From the human T2T-CHM13v2.0 reference genome, Homo sapiens: 64,000 nucleotides of DNA. The stretch's first letter is position 1. Every line of letters starts with the position of its first letter. This document shows positions 52,190-64,000 of the stretch, piece by piece. Location: the NCBI RefSeq assembly GCF_009914755.1, contig NC_060938.1; one strand, given 5' to 3'. Made by a program: the position numbers and the translations under genes. Under the pieces are notes generated by a model, which worked only from the letters and a program-made list of their open reading frames with translations, had not been told where the DNA came from and searched no databases.

Positions 52190-54225
52190 TCAAGTGGTGA
52201 TGGTTTTGTCAACTACGGCGTCTATAGTTGATTGGATGCCCCTGATAAGGAGGGGTAAGAGGCAGGGGAGTATTAAACAGCCTCCTAATATAGCTAGTAC
52301 TATCCCTATTAATGTTTTAAAACTGCCAAAACCTGAAAACCAACCTCCAAAAAGGGAATCTAGAGACCATATTGGCTTCCAGGTCTGAACTGGGACATGA
52401 GCTAGCTTTTGCATTCTTGCAGTTATTTCCATGATGGCCTTTCTGTTATCATCAATTTCTAAACAACAATTTGTCAGATTAAACTTCCCGCCTATGCCTC
52501 CTTCCTGGGCTAGGAGGTAGTCCAAGCCTAGCCTATTTTGATAAATGGCATTTCTCATCTTTGTGGCTTGCTGGGCCAGCAGGTCTAATGCATTTGCAGT
52601 TTCATTGGTGATGATTTCAAGTACTGCCTGCAACCTTATGATGCTGTTGAGCATGTAAATAGGGGTACAGTATCCCTGCATCCCATCTTGTGCCCATGTA
52701 GCTGGCCCATAGTATTAAATTATTCTTTCAGGAGGCCAATCGGTGTCCTTCCAATCTCCTATCTTTATATCTTTTTTTATGTCTATATTCCTTTTGCTCC
52801 TCCCCTTAATTTCATCATAGATAGGATACCCTAAAACCTCTCCCTGTTGTAACGGGTCAAGGAAGAAAGATGGTCTTATTGTCCCCAACACACAGGCCCC
52901 TGTCCAATTGGCAGGTAATTGCCAATAAGCTCATGGCCCACAGATCCAGTCGAGGCCAGAAGGTGCTTGCTAGGTGTTCATTTGGTGCCTCTAGTTGATA
53001 CCAGGAGTGGTTTAAAGAGTGAAAATGGGAAAATGGATTATGGCATGGCAACCTGGTTGTATCTTTACCTTGCTTATTATTGCCCCGCCATAAAGTTTTC
53101 CCTAATGTCTCATTGTAATATTGCTGTCCTAGGCAGACTAATTCCCCTACTGGGTTTGTAAAGGCTTTTCCCCAGTGGGCAATGCAGAATCTTCCAATGA
53201 CAGAAGATTTTAGCAGCCAGACACTTGAGCTCGTGAGTGCCGGCTCTGGGGATGAAAGGGTTAAAGTGTAATTTTCTTGAGGCGATAGCTCTTTTGTTTC
53301 CCAAGGCCACTGGTTTCCCATATTTGTTCCTCCACAGACAAAGCATGAGGAAACACCTAAGCTGCCAGCTGTTTTCAGCCAACCGTGCAAACAGATCTAC
53401 AGCTATAGGAGGAGGAGCTTCAGGTACCTCCTGCTTAAAGTGCTCATTGAATGACTTAAAGACTTGGAACTGCTGCTGGGCAAGAAGGATTCAGGTTTTT
53501 TTTTATGTATATAATATAGACATAGACTCTTGAGTCTATTTCTTGGCTGCTGGCTTGTACCCTCAGTGGTGCTTTTAAACCTGTAGTCCATACGAGCCAA
53601 TTTGGCTCCAAGGTGGTAAGATTCACAGGATTGCAAATGTTAGTTTTACAATCTGGTTCTGAAGGTATTTTGGTAAGCATGATTAGCCCTAGTGATTGTT
53701 GGTTAGTAGGCCATGTTGCAAAGCCCCAGCAAGTTGTTACCAGGGAACCGGTGGAGCAAGCAGGGGATGCACACTTACTTTTATGGCAGCTATTATAGTA
53801 CTCCATGGAACTGTGGATTACGGGAAAGAGTGAGTCTATGGATGTTATCTGGCAAATATCAAAATACAAAGATGTGACTCCCTTGTGGGAGAGAGAAACT
53901 TCGGTCTTGTTTAAAAGACTTCCTTCCCTTGACCCAGTGCGAATCTCAAACCAGGCCCAGGTAAAAGCTTAGGGTCATAGTATACATAAAGCTAGCTATC
54001 CCCTGGGTCACAAACTGAATAGTTCGTTTGGTTGTACATACAAGTCCCCAGAGGGGTTCCTGTGCGTTCATAGTATGTATGGTACAATAAAGTCTTAACT
54101 AGTGTATTACCTATCCACGTAGTACACATGCAATGTGGACATTCCTCTATAGGCTCTTCCTCTCCTAGGACAGATATGGGGATCGACAGAAACAAGGCAA
54201 GGTGTAGCATTCTTACACCTAGCAT
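52190..54225 (-). pseudogene. ERV env, disrupted
   Basis: [12 protein letters not shown]...[10 protein letters not shown]...YFDICQI...CFVCGG...RSKR furin site...[16 protein letters not shown] (ISD)...hydrophobic TM; split over several frames. Confidence 0.9.
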
Positions 54226-54329
54226 GGGCAGGGTGGAGGAGATTTGTTGAAGCAATAGCACAGCAGTAATATAATTAATAATACAAATAAGATTACTGGA
54301 CCTAAGATCTCTGGCCACATTTACTCATC

Positions 54330-57300
54330 TGATGATGACGACTCAAGCTTTCTGCCATGCGTAAACTAGTCAGCTTCCAGAGTGACTAGAGCAGAGCTTG
54401 CTGTTTTCTCAAGCTTCCACCATGCATAGACTGGTCAGCTTCCGAAGTAAGCAGAGCCGGGCTGTTGTCCTCTCCGCTGGGAACCCAGTCTCGTCGCAGG
54501 GTCAGCTGGGTCGGATGGTCTGGGTCCTGCTAGCTGGTCCTCTGGTCCTGGGCTGCCGGTTTCAGCCAGTCGTGGTGGATCCAAGGCACGATTTCTGAAC
54601 TTTAACAGCAGTGGGAGTGGACAAAATTACAACATGGGGCCCATCACATATGGGTCCCAGAGTTATGATTCCATTTCTTAACCCCAACGAGGTCCCCAGG
54701 TTTGAAAGGGTGTACTGGGTCTGTCAGACCAATGGGCATTCTTTCTTGCACCCAGCCATGCACTTTCTGCATAGCTAGCCCTAAAGCCTGCATTTGCTTC
54801 CTTAGAGTTCTCCTAACTCACAGAGATCACCTTTAATTTGACCTGTGATTGGGGGTGGCCGGCCGAATAAAATCTCATAGGGTGAACACCCGGTTTGTTT
54901 TGTGCGGGTGCACCCGACTTGGAGGAGGACCACGGGTAAGACCTGATCCCACCTCAGGTGAGTTTCCTCACAAAATTTCTTCAGTAGCTGTTTTAGTGTC
55001 CAGTTCATGTGCTCCACTTTACCTGAGCTCTGCAGCCTACAGGCTGTATATAATTTCCATTTTATTCCTAATAGTCGAGTTAAGTCCTGCACTACTTCAG
55101 CCACAAATGCCAGTCCATTGTCTAACCCCAGAGTCAGGGGTAGTCCAAATCTGGGAATAACGTCTCTTAACAATACCTTGGTCGCCTCTCATGCCTTCTT
55201 TGTCTGGGTGGAGAAGGCCTCGACCCATCCTGAAAAGGTGCAGACAAGCACCAACATGTACTGATAGCCCCCTGCTCAGGACAGTTTGGTGAAGCCCATA
55301 AGCAGGTTTTCACAGGGATGGCTCTTGTTTCCTGAATTCCTGGGGGGTCAAGTGGGCCCTTGTCGAGGGTTGTTATGAGCACAAGTTAAACACCGTTCAC
55401 AAACTGCTCAAGTGATAGCCGTAAGCTGGGACACATAGAAGTGACAACCTAATAATGTCTCTAGTGCCGTTTTTCCCATGTGAGTCCCTTGGTGGAACTG
55501 CTTTACAAATCTGGGGGCCACCATTTCAGTTATGGCTAGCCTCCCATTGGAGAATTTCCACCATCCTCCTTCAACGTAGCTCCCATTTTCTTGGGCAAAA
55601 AAAGCCCTTTCATTTGGAGTGTAGCTTGGGGTCTCTGGGAGGGGAATTTCTGGAAGGAGAGGCATAGCCAAGGCTTCCTCTTTAGAAGGCAGAGTCACCA
55701 CTGCAGTCTGCTTTGCCTCTTGTCTGCCTTTCTGTTTCCTTTCACCTCTGATGTTCCTGCCCTCAGGTGCCCCCTACAGTGCATTACAGCCACCTGCTTC
55801 GGGGCCCACACAGCATCTAAGGGCTGTAGAATTTCTTCCTTGTACTTTCTTTCTTTCCCTCCATCAGTCAAGAGTCCTCTTTCTTTGTAAATAGCCCCAT
55901 GAACATTCAAAATGGCAAAAGCATATTTAGAGTTTGTGTGAATATTGGTCTTTTGGTCTTTTGCTAGCCAATGAGCCCTTGTCAGAGCTATTAGCTCTGC
56001 TTTCTGAGCAGAAGTTCCTGTAGGCAAAGACTATGCCTCTGCTACTGAGTCCAAAGTCACTACTGCATACCCTGCTCGGCGGGCCCCTCTAGGATGAAGC
56101 TGCTCCCATCAGTGAAATATTCAATGTCCGGGTCCCCGAGGGGCCGATCTGTCAAATCTCTCTGGCTTGAGAACACTTCATCTGCTACGTCCACACAGCA
56201 ATGAAGGGGGCAAGGTAGCCAGGTTTAGGGTATTTACAGTCTCTAAAGTTATGCAGGGATTTTCACATAAGAGCTCTTGATATCAAATCATTCTCGGATT
56301 TTATAACCATTGGTGCCCCCTTTTGTCCATTAAAGTTATAACCGAGTATGGTACCTGGATTATCAGTTGCCGTCCCAAAGTCAGTTTATTAGCTTCCTGT
56401 GCCAGTGAAGCAGTAGCAGCTAATGCCTTAAACAAGGGTCCATGCAAGTGCCACAGTATCTAATTGCCTGGATAAATATGCCACCGGGTGGTGCCATGAC
56501 CCTATGACTTGAGTTAGGACCCCTATGACCATTCCTTTTCACTCATGGGCATATAAAAAGAAAAGCTTAGTTAGATCTGGCAACCCTAAAGCTGGAGCTT
56601 CAGTCAAGTCTCCTTTGATTTATTAAAAGGCCTTTTCCTGGGTGGCCTCCCAGAGGAGGGGCTCCTTCTTTCCCCTCTTTGTGGCTTCATACAATGGCTT
56701 ACCCATGAGTGAGAAACATGGGATCCAGATGTGGCAGAACCCAGCTGCCTTTAGTAACTCTCTCATTTGTCACCAGGTGGTTGGAGTGGGAAGCACACAA
56801 AAGCCTGCTTTCATTCACTACCAAGCAATCTTTTCCCTTCGCTTATATAGAAGCCTAAATACTGGACACTTTCAGAGCAGATTTGATCCTTTTTCCCTGA
56901 CACTTTATATCCTGCCTTTATATCCTGCCTTCCATAACAGGTGCAGGAGGTCTTGGGTCTCCTGAAAGCAGTCCTTCCAGGTTGGGGCTGCTAGAAGAAG
57001 ATCATCAATGTACTAGAGCAAGACACAGTCACTGCTTGGTGGGGTGTAGGCTTTAAGGTCTGAGGCCAGTGCCTCTTCAAAGATTGTGGGAGAGTCTTAA
57101 ATCCCTGTGGCAGTCTTGTTCAAGTATACTGTGATTCACCCCATTGCAAAGCAAAAACAGGCTGACTAATCGGTGCCAGCTGGAGACAGAAAAATGTGTC
57201 CTTCAAATCTAGGACTGTAAACCAAGTGGCACTCACTGGAATATGTCCCATTAAAGTATACAGGTTTGGCAGCACTGGGTGGATGGTCACCGTGGCCTGG

Positions 57301-58029
57301 TTTACTGCACACAAGTCCTGCACTGGCCTATATTCTCCAGACGGCTTCCACACTGGCAAGAGAGGGGTGTTCCATAGTGACTGGCATTTGACTATGGTTC
57401 CTCACCTGTGAAGTCAATCTAAGTGTTTGTGGACTCCCGTATGGCCTCAGGGAGAAGCGGGTACTGACGGACATGAACCAGAGTCGCTCCCAGTTTTAAC
57501 TCCACTACAATTGGTGCCGGATTTACTGCCAGTTCCGGCAGGTTACTTTCAGCCCAAACTCCAGTAATTTTAGTAAGTAACCCACGCATTTAATTTACTC
57601 CTGGTTCTGGAGTCTTTCCTGCATATAGTCTCCATTCCTCAGCCCGTGGGACAGTAAGGGTTAACACCATAGCCTCTGAGTGAGCTAGATTTAAAGTTAC
57701 ATCCCCTTGTGGCCCAAATGTAATCTGTGCCTGCAGTTTTTGAAATGGGTCTCTTTCCAGCGAAGGAACTGGACAATTTGGGAGGTACAGGAATTCTTGT
57801 TGGACTCCTTGTCCTCCTATAACACGCCTCTTTGACTGACAGAAAGGCCTCTTCTCTGAGACTCCAGTGGCTCCTGCAATAGTTGCACAGTTCTTGGATA
57901 GCGGCCCTATAGGTCGGGTCACTGCTGAGTGCTCAGCCCCAGTATCTACCATAAAGTCCACTAGTTGGCCTCCACTTCTAATCTGAACATAGGCTCTTGG
58001 GTGCCCAAAGAGAAAGAGCCCGGTCTGTC
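54330..58029 (-). pseudogene. ERV pro-pol, disrupted
   Basis: Protease DFMVDTGAEHS; RT YRPVQDL, DLKDTFF and YIDD (~57002-57013); RNase H FTDGSS/SAQKAELIALTRA; integrase LGLDNG...SSGKVEHMNWTLK; 3' end approximate. Confidence 0.9.
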
Positions 58030-59871
58030 CTAGTCCTCATATCCTTCAGCCCTGGCCAGTCCGATTAGGTCAGTGTCTGGTTCCTCCCAGGTGCGGCAGC
58101 CCCCTGCTGGTGGCCTTCCCATACCACAGCCCTGACCATTCTCCTTGTTATTCTCTGGACACTCATTCTTCCAGTGTCCTTTCCTTTTGCACTGCACACA
58201 TTGATCTCTTTCTAGTCTCAGCTGACTCTCAAATCCCCATCCAGTCCGGCCTCTTCCATGCCCTCATCCATACCCGCATCCCCTTGCAAAACCAGCTTCC
58301 CTTCCCGTAAGGGCAGCTGCCAGTAAATCAGCCTTCTTCTTAAGCCTTCAATCAGCCTCCCTCTTTGCCTCCTGATCATTGTTAATGTACACCTTGGTGG
58401 CTACCTCAATAAGCTGAGTAGCATTCATACCCGCGAAACCTTCCATCTTCTGCAAATTTTGCCTGATATCACCCTGGGCCTGACCTACAAATGACATATT
58501 TACCACATGCTGATTCTCAGTAGTCTCAGGGTTGAACAGGGTGTACAGCCGATAAGCCTCACAAAGTCTCTAATACAACTGGCTTGGGCTCTCAACTGCT
58601 CCCTGGAGCACCTCCGAGATTTTTCCTATATTAACTGCTTTTCTCCCACCATCCTTCAGCCCATGAAAGATTGCCTCTCAGTACCGCTGCAGGTGCTGCA
58701 ACTGGGTTGCATCATTTGGGTCCCAATTGGGGTTTGTTTCAGGGAACTGACCCGTGCATATGCCTGGGCATTAACTGTGTCTGCAGGTGCATTAGTTTTA
58801 GCCACCGGAGGGCTGCCTGTGTCACCCTCTGCCATTCCTCCATATTAAACAGGGTCAAATATGCATATGTCTGGGCATTAACTGTGTCTGCAGGTGCATT
58901 AGTTTTAGCCACTGGAGGGCTGCCTGTGTCACTCTCTGCCATTCCTCCATATTAAACAGGGTCAAAAGAAGCTGTTTTCAATCTGGTCACGTTGGATTGT
59001 GTGTCTGAAAAACGGACTGCATCAAGTCAACGAGAGCCTGTGGCTTCTCCATGTAAGAGGGAATATGATGCTTCCACTTTAGGAGGTCAGTGGTTGAAAA
59101 GGGCTGGTAAACGAAAGTTCACTCTCCCCTCTGGATGTGGCCATGCTGGTCATAATAGACAGGTCCCCTCGTCTCCCTGAGACGCATTTGCAGGACTCAG
59201 GTGCGGCCAGACCTGAGATGGCCTGCCTGACTTTCTGGGCTTTCCACTCTAACTTCCTGCAGCTCCAATTCCTCCTTCTTAGTTGAGGCTGGGGGAGTAT
59301 ACTCTCCCGGATTTAACTCCCCATGGACAGCTGGGGCTGCTGGCCTCACAGCTGAACTTGCAGAGGGAGCAGTTGGTCTCGGCAAAGGGGGGTGGCTTGG
59401 AACATGAGGAGGAGGAGGAAATTCTGTTTCCTCCTGAGGTGCCCGCAGAACTGGTTTATCTCGGCTTTCCTGTGACTTTCCCTTTTTCTCTGCAGCTGCC
59501 AGCATGGCTGATTTTACTTTCATTTTGTCTTCGGCTGCTCGGGCCACAGGCGTCTTACAATATGCTGCTGGGGGGTGCAACCACGCTGGTCAGTTTTGTA
59601 TAACATTGAGCCATGAATCGATATAGGGAAATTGATCTGGGTACCCTGGCTGTCCTCCCACCCCGGTCACCACCTTAAACACCCGGCCAATCACCTCCCT
59701 ATCTATATAGCACCCTCGGCCGGCAGCCGACCCCTAAAGAAGGCCATTCTGATTCACAGAGAGTTTTCAACTTCAGGGGGTCAGCTTAATTCCATAATCC
59801 GCTGCAAAACCTTTCTTAAAATTCTTTAGTATACATTCCAGTGGAGTGGGTTTCCACGATTTTCCTCCCAT
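58030..59871 (-). pseudogene. ERV gag, disrupted
   Basis: ATG at 59871 (MGGKSWKPTPLECILKNF), early TGA, single zinc knuckle CVQCKRKGHWKNEC (~58160-58200), TAG at 58030-58032 before pro. Confidence 0.88.
58755..58966. repeat. 107-bp tandem duplication inside gag
   Basis: Copies start at 58755 and 58862 and differ by 3 C/T changes. Confidence 0.95.
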
Positions 59872-59879
59872 TTCCTCCC

Positions 59880-60600
59880 TCTACGACGCACACTCACTCT
59901 GACTTCCTTTTTTACCGAGCAGAGCGTCTCCTATTACAGGAGTTTTCGGGGCCGCCTGGCTAGGAGAGTCCCCTATTCCCAGCACGGCCGCTGCTGCCAC
60001 GGGGCAGCTCCTACCAGCCGCTTCGCCGCTATCCCAGGTCGGCCCCAGGCTTCGCTGGGAGCGCCCAGTCCACGCTGAGATCTGCGCCTCCCACGTCACT
60101 CCCCGCACCGGCCCCTCCTGCAGCCGTCTCTTGCACGCCCTTTCACCCACTTCCCCTCCCCAGTTCCCTTTCCTAACCGGCCTGGCGGGCCTCTCTCCTG
60201 TGCCGCGTCGGTTGCGGCGTCTGCGGTACCCGAGTGAGCGACCCCCTCTCGCCGCCGCAGCCTCCCTGGGTCGGACTAGACGCACAGCCCGGCAGGTGAT
60301 GGGGCTCCCCTCCGTCCTCGTGGGACGGGTCCTGCCTTGGGCCCCAAAAGCCGACCGCGGTTCATTAGCGCTGCTTCTGGGATCATCCCGCAGCCCTTTC
60401 CGCGCTCCTTTGCGCTGTCAGGGGAGGGGCCCCGGGGGCCTGGAGAGCCGGTCTCCCCTCCGGGCTGAAGTGCTCCCCGAGGCCGCCCTGGGGTCACAGA
60501 TCGCCGCGACCAGAGCCCCAGACCCTCCGGCAAAGGAGACAGCCAATCTGTCCTCTCTTCTCCTCCTGGCTGCTGGCTCGCAAGAAAGGTTGCGGAACAT
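59880..60600. promoter_or_regulatory. CpG island over the proviral 5' leader
   Basis: Visibly very high GC and CpG density (gccgcgtcggttgcggcgtctgcgg, atcgccgcgacc) compared with the rest of the provirus. Confidence 0.8.
60563..60583 (-). other. Degenerate primer-binding site, tRNA-Arg type
   Basis: TTGCGAGCCAGCAGCCAGGAG versus the Arg PBS TGGCGAGCCAGCCAGGAG (one substitution, 3-nt insertion), 4 nt from the LTR. Confidence 0.75.
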
Positions 60601-61294
60601 CAGGAGGGCAAGGGACACCTCGGGGCATAGCAGGAGGGTCTTCACTGAGTGCACTCTGTCCCAAGGGACTCAACGTCCAAACAACTGGGCCCCGAACAAA
60701 GACAAGGTTTTGCTTATACACCTCCTCCTAAGTGGCACGAACGCGCACGTACAGAGGCAAGACAGAGGCCGTTAATCAAACAAAGCCAGGCTTGTAACTC
60801 AGGGTTAGCAATACTCCTTCCCATGCAGCCCAGATGGTCATTACCTGCTTAGTTCAAAGGAGTCTCACAAAGACTCATCCTGCCACCCCCACCATGGCAT
60901 GTAGCTGGCTACAAGCCAGACCTGCTCAGGCTGTACTGCTTAGATGCAGAAGCAGGAACCTGCAATCATTAACTACAGGAAAAACAGAAACTCCTAAAAC
61001 GTACAGAGCAAGAGGCAAGGTATAGTTTACATAGCAGAGGGGATGAGATTCGACAGGGAAGTTCACTTACACTAAAGGAGAGATAGGAAAACTTACCTCT
61101 TTTCATCCTTATGCTGAGGGAGTGCTGGGAGAGTCTTCAGAGCCCATTCCTCTGAGCTCCGGCCCTTAGATAACATCATTGAAACTTTGCGTGTTACTGC
61201 CTTTGACGTGAGTCAGCCTAACACAGGCAGCTTGTTTCTTTCTCTTTTTTGATTTATATTTTCTTTCTTTAATTTTTTCTTTTTTCTCGTGTCA
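60588..61294 (-). repeat. 5' LTR (707 bp)
   Basis: About 90% identical to 51355-52065; terminal CA changed to CC; poly(A) hexamer changed to AGTGAA. Confidence 0.93.
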
Positions 61295-61298
61295 ACAT

Positions 61299-63450
61299 TA
61301 GGTTGACAACTTGTGCTCTTTCCGGCTTTTTCACGTAGGCAGTAGTCACTATAAACTTTCCTCTTACCACTGCTTTTGCTGTATTCTTAAGGTTTCAATA
61401 ACTTGTTACCATTTAATTAAGGTAATTTTTAAATTTTCATCTTATGCCATTGTTAACCCAGATATTACTCAGGAGCAGATTTCTTAATTTCTATGTATTT
61501 GTTCAGTTGTAAGGGTTTCTTTGAGAGTTCATTTTTAGTTTTATTCTCCTGTGGTCTGAGAAGATACTTGATATGATTTCACTGTTTTAAAAATTCATTG
61601 AGACTTGTTTTGTGACCTATTATATGTTCTATCTTGTAGAATGTTGCATGTACTGATTACAAGAATGTTTATTCTGCAGATCTTGGACAGAATGTTCTGT
61701 ACACATCTGCTACATCCATTTGTTTCAGTGAGTTATTTAAGTGCATTTTTTCTCTGTTGACTTTCAGTCTCGAAGATCTGTCTAGTGCTGTTATGATTGT
61801 ATTAAAGTCTCCCACTCTGATTGTTTCGCTCTCATTTTTTTAAATCTCTAATAGTACTTGTTTTATGAATCTAGTTCCTCTGGTGTTTGGTGCCTATAAA
61901 TTTAGAATTGTAGTATTTTCTTATTGAATTGATCCTTTTGTAATTGTATAGTGATCATCTATGTCTTTTTTTTACTGTTGTTGCTTTGAAGTCCATTTTG
62001 TCTGATATCAAAATAGCTACTCCTGCTCACTCTTGGTTTCCATTTTTGTGAAATACCTTCTTCCAACCTTTTACCTTGAGTTTATGTAAATCTTTGTGTG
62101 TTAGGGGGATCTTTTAGAGACATCAGATATTTCCATTGTGATTTTTTAATCTATTCTGCCATTGTGTATCTTTTATATGGAGCATTTAGGCCATTTACAT
62201 TCAATGTGAATATTTAGATATGAGTTACTGTTTTCTTTGCCATGTTAATTCTTACCTAGTTTTTTTTTTTCACTGTGTTATTGTTTTATAGGCCTGTGAG
62301 TTTCAGGCTCTTAAGAGGTTCCCTTTATGTGCTTACTGGGCTTTTGTTTCAAGGTTTGCAACTCCTTTTAGCATTTCTTGTACTGCTGGTTTGGTAGTGA
62401 CGAATTCCCTGAGCACTGGTGATTCTGAAAATGACTTTACTTCTTTTTCATTTATCAAACAGTTTGGCAGGATACAAAATTCTTGATTGAAAGTTGTTCT
62501 ATTTAAGGAATTTGAAGATAGAAGCTTAATCCATCTGGCTGGTGAAGTTTCTGCTGAGAAGTCTGCCATTAGTCTGATGGGTTTTTTGTTTTGTTTTGTA
62601 TTGCTGCTCTTAGAATTATTTCCTTCATGTTAACTTTCGGTAGCCTGATGACTATAAGCTTGGTGAAGGCAGTTTTGCAATACATTTCCCAGGAGTTCTT
62701 TGAACTTCTTGGATTTGGATATCTAGGTCTCTAGGCAGGCCAGGAATGTATTTCTCAATTTTTCTCTCAAATAAGTTTTCCAAACATATTATTTTTTTTC
62801 TTCTTCAGGAACACCAATTATGCTGAGGTTTGGTCATTTTACATAATCCCATATTTCCTGGAGACTGTGTTTACTTCTTTTGGTTCTTTCTAAATTTATT
62901 TTTCTCTGATTTGATTATTTCAAAAATAGTCTTTTTTATTTCTTCTTTTTTCTTATTTCTACTTTATTCTTCTTCTTTTTTCATCTAATTTTTTACTTCA
63001 ACTTTTTATTTTGTACTTTTTCTAGTCTCTTGTTTATTTTTTCTTCTACTTTTTTCTAGTCTATTTTTAAAACTTTCCATGGCATTTTGTAATTCCCTTA
63101 CTATTTCCCTGCATTTTGTCTTTTATTTTCAGAAGTTCTGATTGGTTTCTCTTTATGATATCTATCTCTCTATAAAAATTTGTATTTATATTCTGAACTG
63201 CTTTTATACATTTGTTTATGATGATATTCACCTTCTTATTATATCTTCTTGAGTAGCTTAATAATCAACATTCTGAATTTCTTATCTGGTATTTTAAAGA
63301 CTTCATTTTGGTTAAAGTTTATTGCTGGAGACCTAGTGTGACCTTTTTGGGATGTTATAGCACCCTGTTTTGTCATATTACTTGAGTTATTTTTCTCATT
63401 TCCTCTTATTTTGGTAGACTATTTCTTCTAACTAGTATTGAAATTATGTT
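61299..63450 (-). mobile_element. Old L1, right part (ORF2 N-terminus to ORF1)
   Basis: Continues gaggtgtg-acat-taggttg across the provirus; ORF1-like ADFSAETSPAR...LREFVTTKPAVQEMLKG. Confidence 0.85.
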
Positions 63451-64000
63451 TGTTTTAACTGTTTCTTTTGTTTGTTTTTAAATTTATTTTTTCCCTTAAG
63501 AATGAGACTTTAATGGTTATAATTAATTACAGTCTAATTTGGTTTTTGGTCCTTAGAGGGGTGAAGACTCTGTAAGAGTTCCGTGGTTATGGAGAATCTT
63601 TGTATGATGGCTTTCCTATGTGTTGATTGCAGTAGAAATCTGCTCAGTATGTGAGCAAGTTCACTGTCTTCTATGGGGTTAGAATGGTTGAGGTCTATTA
63701 AACCTTAGTTCATTCCTCTGTGGCATGCACGTATTTATTTATTTTCCCCCAGTGATTTATTTGCTAGTTTGATGGTTCAGGCTTCAGACCAGTAGGGGGC
63801 TTGTCCCTGGATAGAAACCAGCTGTGGCTAAATCAGGTGGTAAATGAAGTCCCAGCCTTGACAGAGTTGGCTGGAGGAGCTTTTAGTGAGTCACACTGAG
63901 GTCTTATCTGGGGGAAGGGTTGGAGCCACCTCAGCTGTCTTGCCAGGTCTGTAGGAAAGTTATGCACCTCTAAGACACTCCCGTATCCCAGGATTCCAGC

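Larger units (their letters stand above)
51355..61294 (-). mobile_element. Full-length defective class I provirus, ERV3/HERV-R-like
   Basis: Two LTRs, 4-bp TSD ACAT (51351-51354, 61295-61298), Arg-type PBS, gag-pro-pol-env order, env closely resembling ERV3-1 Env. Confidence 0.93.

Noticed and set aside
60131-60775. 214-aa ORF antisense to the proviral leader
   Set aside because: Non-ATG start, low-complexity Arg/Pro/Ala content, and expected in stop-poor CpG-island DNA.

Overview
This window is primate, almost certainly human, genomic DNA from the distal immunoglobulin heavy-chain variable (IGHV) cluster. All V segments lie on the - strand. It holds three intact V genes (IGHV3-72, IGHV3-73, IGHV3-74), each with a leader exon, V exon, 23-bp-spacer RSS and promoter octamer. 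It also holds four V pseudogenes, named from sequence plus known gene order: IGHV(II)-74-1, IGHV3-75, IGHV3-76 and IGHV(III)-76-1. The rest is L1, Alu, MaLR, ERVL and ERV1 repeats, plus a full-length but coding-defective ERV3/HERV-R-like provirus (51355-61294, ACAT target duplication). I found no new protein-coding system. The best leads are non-coding: (1) a ~30-unit minisatellite built from the RSS-proximal CTCF motif, split by a young AluYa5; (2) a strongly one-directional GC-versus-AT difference between the two proviral LTRs, with a CpG island and loss of the 5' LTR poly(A) signal; (3) two L1 3'-transductions, one also 5'-inverted; (4) a near-perfect 59-bp VNTR. Repeat subfamily names come from recall of consensus sequences and all counts are manual.
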